A stretch of 58,646 nt of DNA from Bacteroidales bacterium (GTDB lineage Bacteria; Bacteroidota; Bacteroidia; Bacteroidales; VadinHA17), in assembly GCA_041685495.1 (NCBI GenBank), contig JAWLFR010000002.1:17019-75664 (forward strand), given 5' to 3'. Below are positions 27,456-36,449 of the stretch, one piece after another (the first letter of the stretch is position 1; every line of letters starts with the position of its first letter). Below the pieces are notes generated by a model. The model was not told the DNA's origin. It was given only the letters and a program-made list of their open reading frames with translations, and made no database searches. A program made the translations under genes and the position numbers.

Positions 27456-27800
27456 ATGAACGATCTTATCAGGGGTAATATAAATAAGATACCACCGGTA
27501 CTGCGAAACAGGTACTTCCTTACAGTGCTGGTCTTCCTGGTATGGATAATTCTTTTTGATAATAATAACCTTGTAAACAGGTACCGTTACATGAAGAACC
27601 TGCGTCAGCTGGAAAATGACAGGGAGTACTATATGGAAAGGATTGAAGAGGACAGCCGCAAGCTCAATGAGCTTAAAACCAGTGATGAGAACCTGGAGAA
27701 GTTTGCCCGGGAAGAATATTTCATGAAGAAGGATAATGAGGATATATATATTATCGTAGACGAGGACGGCAACAGGGTGGATGAGTTAAAAAAGAAATAA
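27456..27800 (+). CDS. FtsB/DivIC-family septum formation initiator
   Basis: 114 aa: one TM helix followed by a coiled coil (LRQLENDREYYMERIEEDSRKLNELK...EKFAREEYFMKK). Confidence 0.75.
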   Translation: MNDLIRGNINKIPPVLRNRYFLTVLVFLVWIILFDNNNLVNRYRYMKNLRQLENDREYYMERIEEDSRKLNELKTSDENLEKFAREEYFMKKDNEDIYIIVDEDGNRVDELKKK

Positions 27801-27835
27801 ACCGGCCTTAAGGGGATATCTCTCAGGGAGTACCT

Positions 27836-27944
27836 TTCAGGGGAACCGGCTTACAGAGGGATCAGCTTTCAAAAAATCAAACTTCAGGGGAACCGGCTTA
27901 CAGAGAGATCAGCTTTTAAAAAATCAAACTTCAGGGGATGACCG
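27836..27944. repeat. 47-bp tandem repeat (2.3 copies) duplicating the 3' end and stop codon of the GT2 gene
   Basis: Units at 27836-27882 and 27883-27929 differ at 2 of 47 positions, and a third partial copy starts at 27930. TCAAACTTCAGGGG (stop plus the last codons, reverse strand) occurs at both 27877 and 27924. Confidence 0.85.
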
Positions 27945-29195
27945 TTCCAGACGGCGGTATACAGCAAGCAGCTCTTTTGCTCCATGCGCTTTATGTTCCA
28001 CACCATTCAGCCGCAGCATAGCCCCGGCAGCCGGCACCACCGGCATCTTTTCATGGTAGCCCCGGGCATGAACAAAATTAAGGTACTTAACTATCCTGAA
28101 CATATTAAACCAGGTAAAGAAGCGCTTTGTGAAAGATTCCTCTGATGATGTGTTATTACGTATCAGCCTTAAGTTATCCGGCCAGGAATTCATAGTCAGG
28201 AATTCCTTCAGTCCCGGATTGAACCCGGACATCAGTTCACCGGCAGGTCTTATATCCTGGCTGTAATAATTCTTTATGCCGGCAAAGAATTGCCGCAACA
28301 CGGAAAAAGCATCAGGGTTATAGCTCATATAATCATTCATTTTTCCGGCAAGCATGCTGTTTATCACCGGACCGGTACCGAATGGCACTCTCAGCGAGGC
28401 CCTGGGGGAGGGCTTCACAACTGTTGTGTTAAGATAAAAATACCCGCCTGCCGGCACCAGTTTTTGAATAAAATAAAAATCTTCGGCTCCCTGCCTCTTG
28501 CTCATACCTCCTGCCCTGACATAATGCCTGGCTTTCACGGCAATAGCAGATCCCAGGGTATGAAAGACCCATGGATAGCCGGTATATTTCAGTGAGCGGT
28601 AATAATACCTGAGGTGCAGCTCATACTGCAGTATTGCCCTGTAAACACCTTCAGGCATATCTCCTTCCTGCGGATGTTCAAAATATACAGAGCATGCTTT
28701 ATGCTGATCATTTTTATACAGCCTTTCATACAGTTCAACAAGGTAATTCGCAGACACTGTGCAGTCGGCATCAAGTGACACTATCACGCCTTCAGGCTGA
28801 TCAATGCTGCTGAACCTTCTCACGGCCTCATCCATGGCCATCTTCCTTGCCATACCCACGCCCCATCCCGGCAGTGTCATCCTACCTGTATTATGCCATA
28901 GCAGCCTTATAAATGAATTATTATTTCGCCTCTTCCATTCAGAAAGGCCTGTGCATGTACGCTCATTCTGCTCCAGCTGTGCCGGAGTGGCATGGACGGG
29001 GGCATTAACAAGCACTATCAGTTCGACGCTGCAGGGAGGTTTTGTACAGTTAAGAAGGGAATCTATAGTGTTAATAATCCCGGCTTCATCAAAAGCCGGG
29101 ATTATAATTATTAGTGCGGTATCTTTTTCCGGTGTACCTGTAGACAAAGGTCTGCTTATTGCTTTGTCTTCAAGGTACCTGGATGCAAAATCCAT
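27924..29195 (-). CDS. Family 2 glycosyltransferase
   Basis: 423 aa. GT2 N-terminal signature IIIIPAFDEAGIINTIDSLL and a DxD-type segment VSLDADC. Confidence 0.75.
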   Translation of the reverse strand: MDFASRYLEDKAISRPLSTGTPEKDTALIIIIPAFDEAGIINTIDSLLNCTKPPCSVELIVLVNAPVHATPAQLEQNERTCTGLSEWKRRNNNSFIRLLWHNTGRMTLPGWGVGMARKMAMDEAVRRFSSIDQPEGVIVSLDADCTVSANYLVELYERLYKNDQHKACSVYFEHPQEGDMPEGVYRAILQYELHLRYYYRSLKYTGYPWVFHTLGSAIAVKARHYVRAGGMSKRQGAEDFYFIQKLVPAGGYFYLNTTVVKPSPRASLRVPFGTGPVINSMLAGKMNDYMSYNPDAFSVLRQFFAGIKNYYSQDIRPAGELMSGFNPGLKEFLTMNSWPDNLRLIRNNTSSEESFTKRFFTWFNMFRIVKYLNFVHARGYHEKMPVVPAAGAMLRLNGVEHKAHGAKELLAVYRRLERSSPEV

Positions 29196-29200
29196 TATTC

Positions 29201-29806
29201 TTAGTTCTTGTCCTCGCTGTATTTATGATTGAGGCCCAGAAGCACTTCCTCTGTTATATCAAGACTCTTATCAGCATACATCACAGGGTTACCAAAACTT
29301 TTACCCAGGATATAATCATAATCACTATCTTCTGTAAGCTCTTCCAGGTATTCATAGATATAATCAAGTATCTTACTGTTCATTACCCGTTCTTCCTCCA
29401 TCAGCTGGTTTTCGAGCTGACCGGCAAGGTTACGCAACTCCTGCTGCTGCTGGTATAACTCCTGCTCCATCTGCTGTGCTGTCGCCCTTGTAACCAGGCC
29501 TTTACGCACCTTATCCTCATAGTCCTGTGCACCTGATTCATATTGTCTGCCCCTGCTGTTAAGCTGGTTTTCAGATTCTTCCTGTTTGGCCATTAAATCT
29601 TCCCTGAGATCATAATACATATCGAAATTAAGTATTACAGAATCAATTTCCACAAAGGCTATATTTGCACCCGGTAAGCTCTCAACAGCTTCTTTAATCT
29701 CAGATTCCACTGCTTTATCTTTGGGTACGGCAAATTCCCACACAAACAAAAATGCCACTGCCAGGACTGACACTGCTCCCAGAATTAAAGGTAACTTCTT
29801 CATCAC
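29201..29806 (-). CDS. OmpH/Skp-like periplasmic chaperone family protein
   Basis: N-terminal TM/signal segment, then a long charged coiled-coil region (QQMEQELYQQQQELRNLAGQLENQL). It follows PorP/SprF. Confidence 0.65.
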   Translation of the reverse strand: MMKKLPLILGAVSVLAVAFLFVWEFAVPKDKAVESEIKEAVESLPGANIAFVEIDSVILNFDMYYDLREDLMAKQEESENQLNSRGRQYESGAQDYEDKVRKGLVTRATAQQMEQELYQQQQELRNLAGQLENQLMEEERVMNSKILDYIYEYLEELTEDSDYDYILGKSFGNPVMYADKSLDITEEVLLGLNHKYSEDKN

Positions 29807-29883
29807 TAATTATTAATTGGTTATATAATAAAAACAGGAAACAAATATAAACTAATTTAGCGAATTAAGAAAAAGGATTATTA

Positions 29884-30879
29884 TCAGAATTCGGGACAGG
29901 GGACGGCATGGAACATCCTCCTTCGGCCGGCAATTGTTGAGGTTAAGAACTCATATACCAGGGATATCTCATGTGATCCGCCTGTAGCCGCTATCAGGTT
30001 CGATATTGTAAAATCATAGCTATAGCCAATATGCATTTTTTCCGTTTTTATGCCGATAAGACCTATCACAGCATCCCCTGCCTGTGTTGTAACGAAAGGT
30101 ATCCCCCTGTACCAGAGGCCGAATATTATCGGGTCGCGGTAATAATACAATCCCATGTCAGACTGGAAAAAGCGGTCCTGGTACTTAATATTGCCGGCTA
30201 TTGAGATAACTTCCTGGTACCTGTTACGCAGCCTGCCCCGCCTGGCAACCTGGATTCCGCCGAAGACATTAACTTTCACCGGGACATGCGTTTCCCAATC
30301 GCCATAAAACGATTGTCGCGGTTTAAGCAGGTGATCAAAGGTAACCCCTGCCCATATACGGTCGTTAAAGGCCAGCACCGAGGTTGCAAAATCAACATCA
30401 GCCACTCCCTCAAAGGGAGGGGGATAGACTGAAGGCGTTGTGCCTCTGGCTGTTATCATGCTGGCCCATACAAGCTTCCCATAATTAAGACCAAGGTAGG
30501 TAAACTTAAAATTTATACCCGGCCTGATGTGCCAGTCGCGGTTCAACGGTATATCATATGAATAAACCAATCCTATATTGGTAGTGCTGAGGTCGCCCGA
30601 GCCGGCCACATCATAAGTAGCCAGTACACCTATGCCGGAGCGGAAATTAGGCATATACCTGTCATAGCTGAAACTGTAGGTATTAAACACACCTGTTACC
30701 GAAGGCCACTGGTTCCTGTAATTAATGGATATGCGGTTTTCCTCTATAGCCCCTGCAAATGAAGGGGCCAGGTACAGGGCATTAGCATAAAACTGTGAGA
30801 AATGGGGGTCCTGGCCTTTCAAACCTGCTGAAACAAGTATGCAAACGATTAAGATTGTATGCTTTATCTTTATTAACAA
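29884..30879 (-). CDS. PorP/SprF family type IX secretion system membrane protein
   Basis: Hallmark N-terminus after the signal peptide: QDPHFSQFYANALYLAPSFAG. A beta-barrel-like Y/G-rich sequence follows. The start must be TTG at 30879, because there is no in-frame ATG near the signal peptide. Confidence 0.85.
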   Translation of the reverse strand: MLIKIKHTILIVCILVSAGLKGQDPHFSQFYANALYLAPSFAGAIEENRISINYRNQWPSVTGVFNTYSFSYDRYMPNFRSGIGVLATYDVAGSGDLSTTNIGLVYSYDIPLNRDWHIRPGINFKFTYLGLNYGKLVWASMITARGTTPSVYPPPFEGVADVDFATSVLAFNDRIWAGVTFDHLLKPRQSFYGDWETHVPVKVNVFGGIQVARRGRLRNRYQEVISIAGNIKYQDRFFQSDMGLYYYRDPIIFGLWYRGIPFVTTQAGDAVIGLIGIKTEKMHIGYSYDFTISNLIAATGGSHEISLVYEFLTSTIAGRRRMFHAVPCPEF

Positions 30880-31053
30880 GTCTGATCTGTATTAAAGCTA
30901 TTGGTACGAAAATAACCATTTGTCCCGAAATATCTAACGTTTTATCACAATTTTAATTGTTTGTACAGAAGGAAAAGGTGAATTTTTGTCGAATGTTTAA
31001 AGATATAGGACTAATGACCGGTTTTATATGATAAGAATAAGTGCTGTTTTAAG

Positions 31054-32385
31054 CTACCATTTTGGCAGCAGGGTTACATCTCCTCCCTTAACAAAGGGCT
31101 CGCCATTTTTAAACATACCCCTTACTTTCCATATATAAACGCCTGGTTCGGCTTTCTGCCCTTTATAATATCCGTCCCAGCCAATATTCAGGTCATTGGT
31201 TTCAAACATCAGAACTCCCCTCCTGTTATAAATACTAAGGTGATAGGATGTAACACCTGAACATACCGGGTGGAACACCTGCTCCTGCTGATCGGTCCGT
31301 GCAGAATAATAACCTCCTGTGGGTCCGCCTTCATTCGGGACAAACACATTGGGAAATTTTATATAGCAGCTGTTATCATCAAAGGCATTCACCATTACCA
31401 TGCTATCCACGCAACCATGCCGGGATATAGCCTTCAGTGTTACAGAGTATGATCCGGGTTTATCATAAAAATGTGTTGGCTCAAATTCATCACTTACCTC
31501 TCCGTCTCCAAAATCCCATTCCCATTCCACAGCATTTTGTGAATAGTTATAAAAATGTATCTGCTCATCGGGGATAAAGGGATCTACGGAGCTGACCTCA
31601 AACCTTGCTTCCGGCACGGGATAAGCAGTAATGGTCCGCTTTTCTGCCACCCTTGATCCGTCCTTGCCGAAAACGATAAGGCTGACCTCATACCTGCCTT
31701 CCTCATCGAATATCCATACGGGATTCTCCCCGGTGCTGTGACCACCGTCTCCAAAGTCCCACAGACATGAGTCATAATTATGCGAGAGATTTTCAAAATA
31801 CACAGTCAGGGGCACGCAACCCTCTTCTGTATCAGGCTTAAAATCTGCCACAGGCGCCGGGGGACTCTTATCCTCCGCCTTAAGGATGCTGTCTGCTGAA
31901 GTCTTCTGAATGCCGGTATCTTTCTTTACCTTCTTCCTGTTCTCCTGACTGTCAGCATCCGGTTTTACAAGTTCTTTCTGCTCTGTTTCGACAACTGTTT
32001 CTTCTTCTTCTTCTTCTGCTACTGCGTCTTCCACTGTGCCTGTCTCTTTGTCTCCGGGAACACTATTTTCATGTGCTTTATCATCAGTCTCAACTTCAAC
32101 TGATTCAGGTTCATTAAATATATTTATAATAATGTCTTCAGCCGGCTTTTCAGGCTTGCTGCCACCGCCTGTAAGCAATGATACGCCAATAGCAGCTGCA
32201 GCGATAAGTCCCCCCAGGTAATAAATATTGAATGAACCGGGATTAAAACGCATGAACTCCCTGAAGCGCAGCTTTCCTGAAAGGGAAGACCACAGGCCCT
32301 TGCGGACAGGATATTCCCTGTTGCCGAGCTTTGCACTGTACAATTCTTCAATGCTTCTGTATGTCCCCTTATCTTTCAAATCCAA
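31054..32385 (-). CDS. Membrane-anchored PKD-repeat protein with T9SS type-B C-terminal sorting domain
   Basis: Two PKD-like repeats (FENLSHNYDSCLWDFGDGG; YNYSQNAVEWEWDFGDGE). The C-terminus matches the gliding-motility/type-B CTD (FPNVFVPNEGG...YHLSIYNRRGVLMFE...GWDGYYKGQKAEPGVYIWKV). There is one TM helix at about residues 55-72. The ORF-track start is TTG, 3 nt after the sigma-factor stop. An alternative ATG (Met45) lies at 32253. Confidence 0.8.
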   Translation of the reverse strand: MDLKDKGTYRSIEELYSAKLGNREYPVRKGLWSSLSGKLRFREFMRFNPGSFNIYYLGGLIAAAAIGVSLLTGGGSKPEKPAEDIIINIFNEPESVEVETDDKAHENSVPGDKETGTVEDAVAEEEEEETVVETEQKELVKPDADSQENRKKVKKDTGIQKTSADSILKAEDKSPPAPVADFKPDTEEGCVPLTVYFENLSHNYDSCLWDFGDGGHSTGENPVWIFDEEGRYEVSLIVFGKDGSRVAEKRTITAYPVPEARFEVSSVDPFIPDEQIHFYNYSQNAVEWEWDFGDGEVSDEFEPTHFYDKPGSYSVTLKAISRHGCVDSMVMVNAFDDNSCYIKFPNVFVPNEGGPTGGYYSARTDQQEQVFHPVCSGVTSYHLSIYNRRGVLMFETNDLNIGWDGYYKGQKAEPGVYIWKVRGMFKNGEPFVKGGDVTLLPKW

Positions 32386-32388
32386 TAC

Positions 32389-32934
32389 TTATTTATATGT
32401 CTCCAGTTTTTTCCTTATAAAAGACTTAGCTCTTGAATACTGCGACTTGGATGTGTTTACATCTATTTCCAGCATTTCTGCTATCTCTTTATGTTTATAA
32501 CCTTCAATTGCATAAAGGTTAAATATCATCTTGTAACCCGGTGGCAGCTGATCCAGCACTGTCTGCAATTCACCGGCAGTAAACCTCGAATCAGGGATAT
32601 TACTTTCTCCTGCTTCAGAGGTATATAACTCTTCAATCTCTACATAATGCTTATGCTTGAGATTCTTATGATAATGTGTGATGGCCGTATTAATAACTAT
32701 ACGCCTCATCCAGCCTATAAAAGAACCTTCTCCGCTGAAATCCTTAATATTAAGGTATACCTTAAGCAAACTCTCCTGGAGAATATCCTCTGCTTCCGGA
32801 ACATCCGTGGCATACCTTATACATATACCCATCAGCATGCCCGAGTATTTCTCAAAGAGCAACTTCTGGGAACGCCTGTCATGTTTCAGACATCCCTGTA
32901 GTATTTGCCGGTCACTTATCATTACGGAGACCAT
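32389..32934 (-). CDS. ECF-type RNA polymerase sigma-70 factor
   Basis: 181 aa. Region 2 (LFEKYSGMLMGICIRY...AEDILQESLLKVY...FIGWMRRIVINTAI) and region 4 (PGYKMIFNLYAIEGYKHKEIAEMLEIDVNTSKSQYSRAK). Confidence 0.9.
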   Translation of the reverse strand: MVSVMISDRQILQGCLKHDRRSQKLLFEKYSGMLMGICIRYATDVPEAEDILQESLLKVYLNIKDFSGEGSFIGWMRRIVINTAITHYHKNLKHKHYVEIEELYTSEAGESNIPDSRFTAGELQTVLDQLPPGYKMIFNLYAIEGYKHKEIAEMLEIDVNTSKSQYSRAKSFIRKKLETYK

Positions 32935-33170
32935 TTTGTAGACTTGACATTATAAATAATGGTTGCACAAAATAATAAACTGTTTAAAACAATTAAAGAT
33001 ACAAACAATAATTATCAGGCTGCTAAATGATATATACAGCTAATAATAAAAAAAGTTCCATTTTTATGTACTAAATCATATTTAATTAATAATAAAGCTT
33101 ATAAATTCGAAGCGGTAAAAAAAATTCGATTTCAGGTTTCTTAAAGAAAATAAATTTAAACTTAACTGAC

Positions 33171-34082
33171 ATGTTTAACAGATTAATAGCAAACATATTG
33201 CCATATTTCCCGAAGAAGTTTGTATGGCTGTTCTCCAAATCTTATGTATCGGGCGAGAGTGTTCATGATGCAATACGGGTTTCAAAGGGGTTCAATGAAC
33301 AGAATATGCTGGTCACACTGGATGTGCTTGGCGAATTCATAGAGACCCTGGAGGAAGCCGAAGCCAACAAACAGCAATATCTTGATCTTATTGACCTTGC
33401 CGAGAAAAACAAGATAGAAGGCAATTACTCGGTTAAGCCAACCAGTTTTGGTCTTTTAATAGACAAAGAGGCATGTTACGGCCATCTCAGGGATGTGGTT
33501 AAGAAAGCTGCTTATTATAATAACTTTGTCCGGATTGATATGGAAGATTCTTCCTGTGTTGACCTCGAGATAGAGGTATTCAGGAGGCTGAAGAAGGAAT
33601 TTCCCGCCAATGTAGGACTTGTTTTCCAGGCTTATATGAAAAGGACACTTGATGATATCAAAGGCCTGATGGACCTTAACTCCGAAGAAATACCAGTTAA
33701 TTACAGGTTATGCAAGGGTATATATGTGGAGCCTGCCGAGATAGCTTTCAAGAAATACGAGGTGGTCAATGAAAATTTCCTTAAGGATCTTGAATACATG
33801 TTTGCCAACAAGGTGTATGCTGCTATTGCCACGCACGACAAACCTCTTATCGAGGGATCCTACGAGCTGATAGAAAAATATAAAGTGCCAAAGGATATGT
33901 ATGAGTTCCAGATGCTCTACGGTGTAACACCCCGCCTAAGGCAGAGTATTGTTGATAAAGGACACAAGATGAGGATATATGTTCCTTTTGGCAAGGAATG
34001 GTTCGGTTACTCCACCAGGCGCCTTAAGGAAAACCCAAAGATGGCCTCGCATATCATCAAGGCTGTTTTCTATAAGGGCTAG
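33171..34082 (+). CDS. Proline dehydrogenase family protein
   Basis: 303 aa. Motifs: VTLDVLGEF, RIDMEDS, FQAYMKRT, RLCKGIY, ATHD, FQMLYGV, YVPFG..WFGYSTRRLKENP. Confidence 0.85.
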   Translation: MFNRLIANILPYFPKKFVWLFSKSYVSGESVHDAIRVSKGFNEQNMLVTLDVLGEFIETLEEAEANKQQYLDLIDLAEKNKIEGNYSVKPTSFGLLIDKEACYGHLRDVVKKAAYYNNFVRIDMEDSSCVDLEIEVFRRLKKEFPANVGLVFQAYMKRTLDDIKGLMDLNSEEIPVNYRLCKGIYVEPAEIAFKKYEVVNENFLKDLEYMFANKVYAAIATHDKPLIEGSYELIEKYKVPKDMYEFQMLYGVTPRLRQSIVDKGHKMRIYVPFGKEWFGYSTRRLKENPKMASHIIKAVFYKG

Positions 34083-34671
34083 ACAGGGGCAGAAATTCTC
34101 CGGGACCGATCACCATATCATCAAGGCTGCGTTTAGGTACATGGTGCACACCCTTTTCATCTCTCCAGTACTTTATATCATTATTCTGCAGCTCATCGAT
34201 AAGGACTTCCTCCCCTGGTTTACCCAGGGCTATTAAAAGCAGTATCTCGTATCGTTCCGGTATATTAAGATCCTTCCTCAGTTCCTTCCTCCTGATTGAG
34301 CCAATCATACAACCGCCCAGACCCTTTTCCACGGCGCCCAGCAGTATGCTCTGCGCTGCAATGCCATGGTCCACCCCGAAGGCAGCACTCAGCTCTTTGT
34401 CGCCCAGAATAATAATATACGCTGCCGGCCGTTCCCCCTCCTGCGGTCCGTCCCATCCTTCAAGATACCCGGCCCATATTGCTGAGGGGAACACTCTTTC
34501 ACAGTCGCCCGGACTGTTAATAATAACAAATTTCAGGGCCTGTTTATTCATACCTGAGGCTGACAGCCTTGCAAGGTCAATCATTTCCAGCAGCTGCGTA
34601 TCAGTGATCCTCTCATCCTGGCAAAAACGCCTGTAACTCCTGTTCTTCCTTACAAGCTCATGCAAACCCAT
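34057..34671 (-). CDS. Nitroreductase family protein
   Basis: RKNRSYRRF...ARLSASGMNKQALKF. Start placed at Met7 (ATG at 34671), 1 nt after the SOD stop. The 3' end overlaps the convergent proline dehydrogenase gene by 26 nt. Confidence 0.8.
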   Translation of the reverse strand: MGLHELVRKNRSYRRFCQDERITDTQLLEMIDLARLSASGMNKQALKFVIINSPGDCERVFPSAIWAGYLEGWDGPQEGERPAAYIIILGDKELSAAFGVDHGIAAQSILLGAVEKGLGGCMIGSIRRKELRKDLNIPERYEILLLIALGKPGEEVLIDELQNNDIKYWRDEKGVHHVPKRSLDDMVIGPGEFLPLSSPYRKQP

Positions 34672-34672
34672 A

Positions 34673-35248
34673 TTAATACCTTCCGGCAATAATATCCCAG
34701 TCCACTATCTCCCAGAAAGACTTGATATAGTCAGGCCTTTTATTCCTGTAGTCGATATAATAGGCGTGTTCCCACACATCGCAGGTAAGCAGGGGTTTTT
34801 GCCCGTCCTGCAAAGGATTTTCAGCATTTGACTTCTGCACTATTGAAAGGCTGCCGTTATTATTCTTAACCAGCCACACCCATCCCGAGCCAAACAATGT
34901 GGCACCGGCGGTACTGAACTCTTCTTTGAATTTTTCAAAGGAGCCGAAAGACGTTTTGATAGCCTCTGCCAGCTCACCCTTCGGTTCCCTGCTGCCCTCA
35001 GGTGAAAACCCTTCAAAATAGAAAGTATGGTTCCATATCTGGGCGGCATTATTAAAAATACCTCCCTCTGCATTCTTTATAATTGATTCCAGTCCGGCAT
35101 CTTCATACTGCGAACCGGGGATCAGGCCATTGAGCTTGTCAACATATGTGCTGTGGTGTTTACCATAATGGTATTCAATGGTCTCCTCACTGATATAAGG
35201 CTTAAGCGCATCCTTTTCATAAGGAAGTTTTGGTAATTCGTGCTTCAT
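34673..35248 (-). CDS. sodB: Fe-type superoxide dismutase
   Basis: LPKLPYEKDALKPYISEETIEYHYGKHH, AAQIWNHTFYF, DVWEHAYYIDYRN. Confidence 0.93.
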   Translation of the reverse strand: MKHELPKLPYEKDALKPYISEETIEYHYGKHHSTYVDKLNGLIPGSQYEDAGLESIIKNAEGGIFNNAAQIWNHTFYFEGFSPEGSREPKGELAEAIKTSFGSFEKFKEEFSTAGATLFGSGWVWLVKNNNGSLSIVQKSNAENPLQDGQKPLLTCDVWEHAYYIDYRNKRPDYIKSFWEIVDWDIIAGRY

Positions 35249-35491
35249 AACTTTAAATTTTTATTTATACAACTTTTCCAGTCCTGCTACCTACAGTCCT
35301 GTTACATTCTCATAAATATAAGAAATAATTAGCAGACATAAAAAGTAAACCTTTCAGACTGTTTGAGCGTCTGCCCGGTCTCACCGCCCTGTTTGTTTTT
35401 TCCCGGGGGTGACTATCTGAAAACACAGAAATGAGCCTGCTATCCAGGCAGGGACCGCTCAGCCTGTTTGCCGGTTGTCACAAACTGCAGC

Positions 35492-36331
35492 TCAATGAGT
35501 GCCGGCAAAAATATCCTCCCTGACGGCAGGTATAAGGCCGGTGGCCACGGCTTTCTCATACAGTATCTTCACTGCCGCCCTCCCCCTGTCACCAAGGTTA
35601 CGACTGAAATCATTAACATACAGATCGATATGTTTTTGCATGACATCCCTTTCCATGGAAGCAGCGTATTTTTTTATAAACTCGTATGATGATAATGGGT
35701 TATTATATGCATAATCAATGCTTGCGGCAAGTATATTATCCAGCTTAACGGCCATATCGGGACCCAGGCTTCTCTTTACGGCTATCCCGCCCAGGGGTAT
35801 CGGCATTGATGTCAGTTCCTGCCATGCTTCACCAAGGTCCCGTATCTTAACCAGGCCCCTGTCGCGATAGGTGAACCTGTTCTCATGTATCAGCAGTCCT
35901 CCTGCTGCCTCCCCTTTAAGCACAATATCTTCAATATCGGAAAAGAGATACTCTTCTTTCAATGTAAGGTTTGGATAGATAATGCCCATTAATAAATTGG
36001 CCGTTGTGTAAATTCCGGGTATCGCAATTCTTCGGCCAACTAGGTCAGAAGCGGGCATCTCGCTTCCGGCCACCAGGAGGGGACCGTTATTAAAGCCCAG
36101 GGCAGAGCCCGCATTAAGTAGTATATAGTCCTGGGACACATAAGCGTAGGCATGGTAACTTATCTTTGTTATATCAAGCTCCGCATTGAAGGCATGCCTG
36201 TTAAGCTCTTCAACATCTGTAAGTTTACAATCGAAGTCAATTTCACCTGTATCTGTCTTTCCATTGACCATTGCATCAAAAACAAAGGTGTCATTGGGAC
36301 AGGTTGATATTCCAAGGCTCAGTGTTCTCAT
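35492..36331 (-). CDS. mqnD: 1,4-dihydroxy-6-naphthoate synthase (futalosine pathway)
   Basis: Start placed at MRTLSLGISTCPNDTFVFDAM (Met17 of the ORF). Periplasmic-binding-protein-like fold motifs typical of MqnD (DITKISYHAYAYV). Confidence 0.85.
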   Translation of the reverse strand: MRTLSLGISTCPNDTFVFDAMVNGKTDTGEIDFDCKLTDVEELNRHAFNAELDITKISYHAYAYVSQDYILLNAGSALGFNNGPLLVAGSEMPASDLVGRRIAIPGIYTTANLLMGIIYPNLTLKEEYLFSDIEDIVLKGEAAGGLLIHENRFTYRDRGLVKIRDLGEAWQELTSMPIPLGGIAVKRSLGPDMAVKLDNILAASIDYAYNNPLSSYEFIKKYAASMERDVMQKHIDLYVNDFSRNLGDRGRAAVKILYEKAVATGLIPAVREDIFAGTH

Positions 36332-36449
36332 AGTATTTTTTTTGTATCCCCCGGCAGTTTCAGCACGACATATTATCATCCCGGCATAGCTGACTGCCTC
36401 TCTTATTATATTATCCTCTTTCGCGTACGGCTTAATCCCTTTCCCGGCA

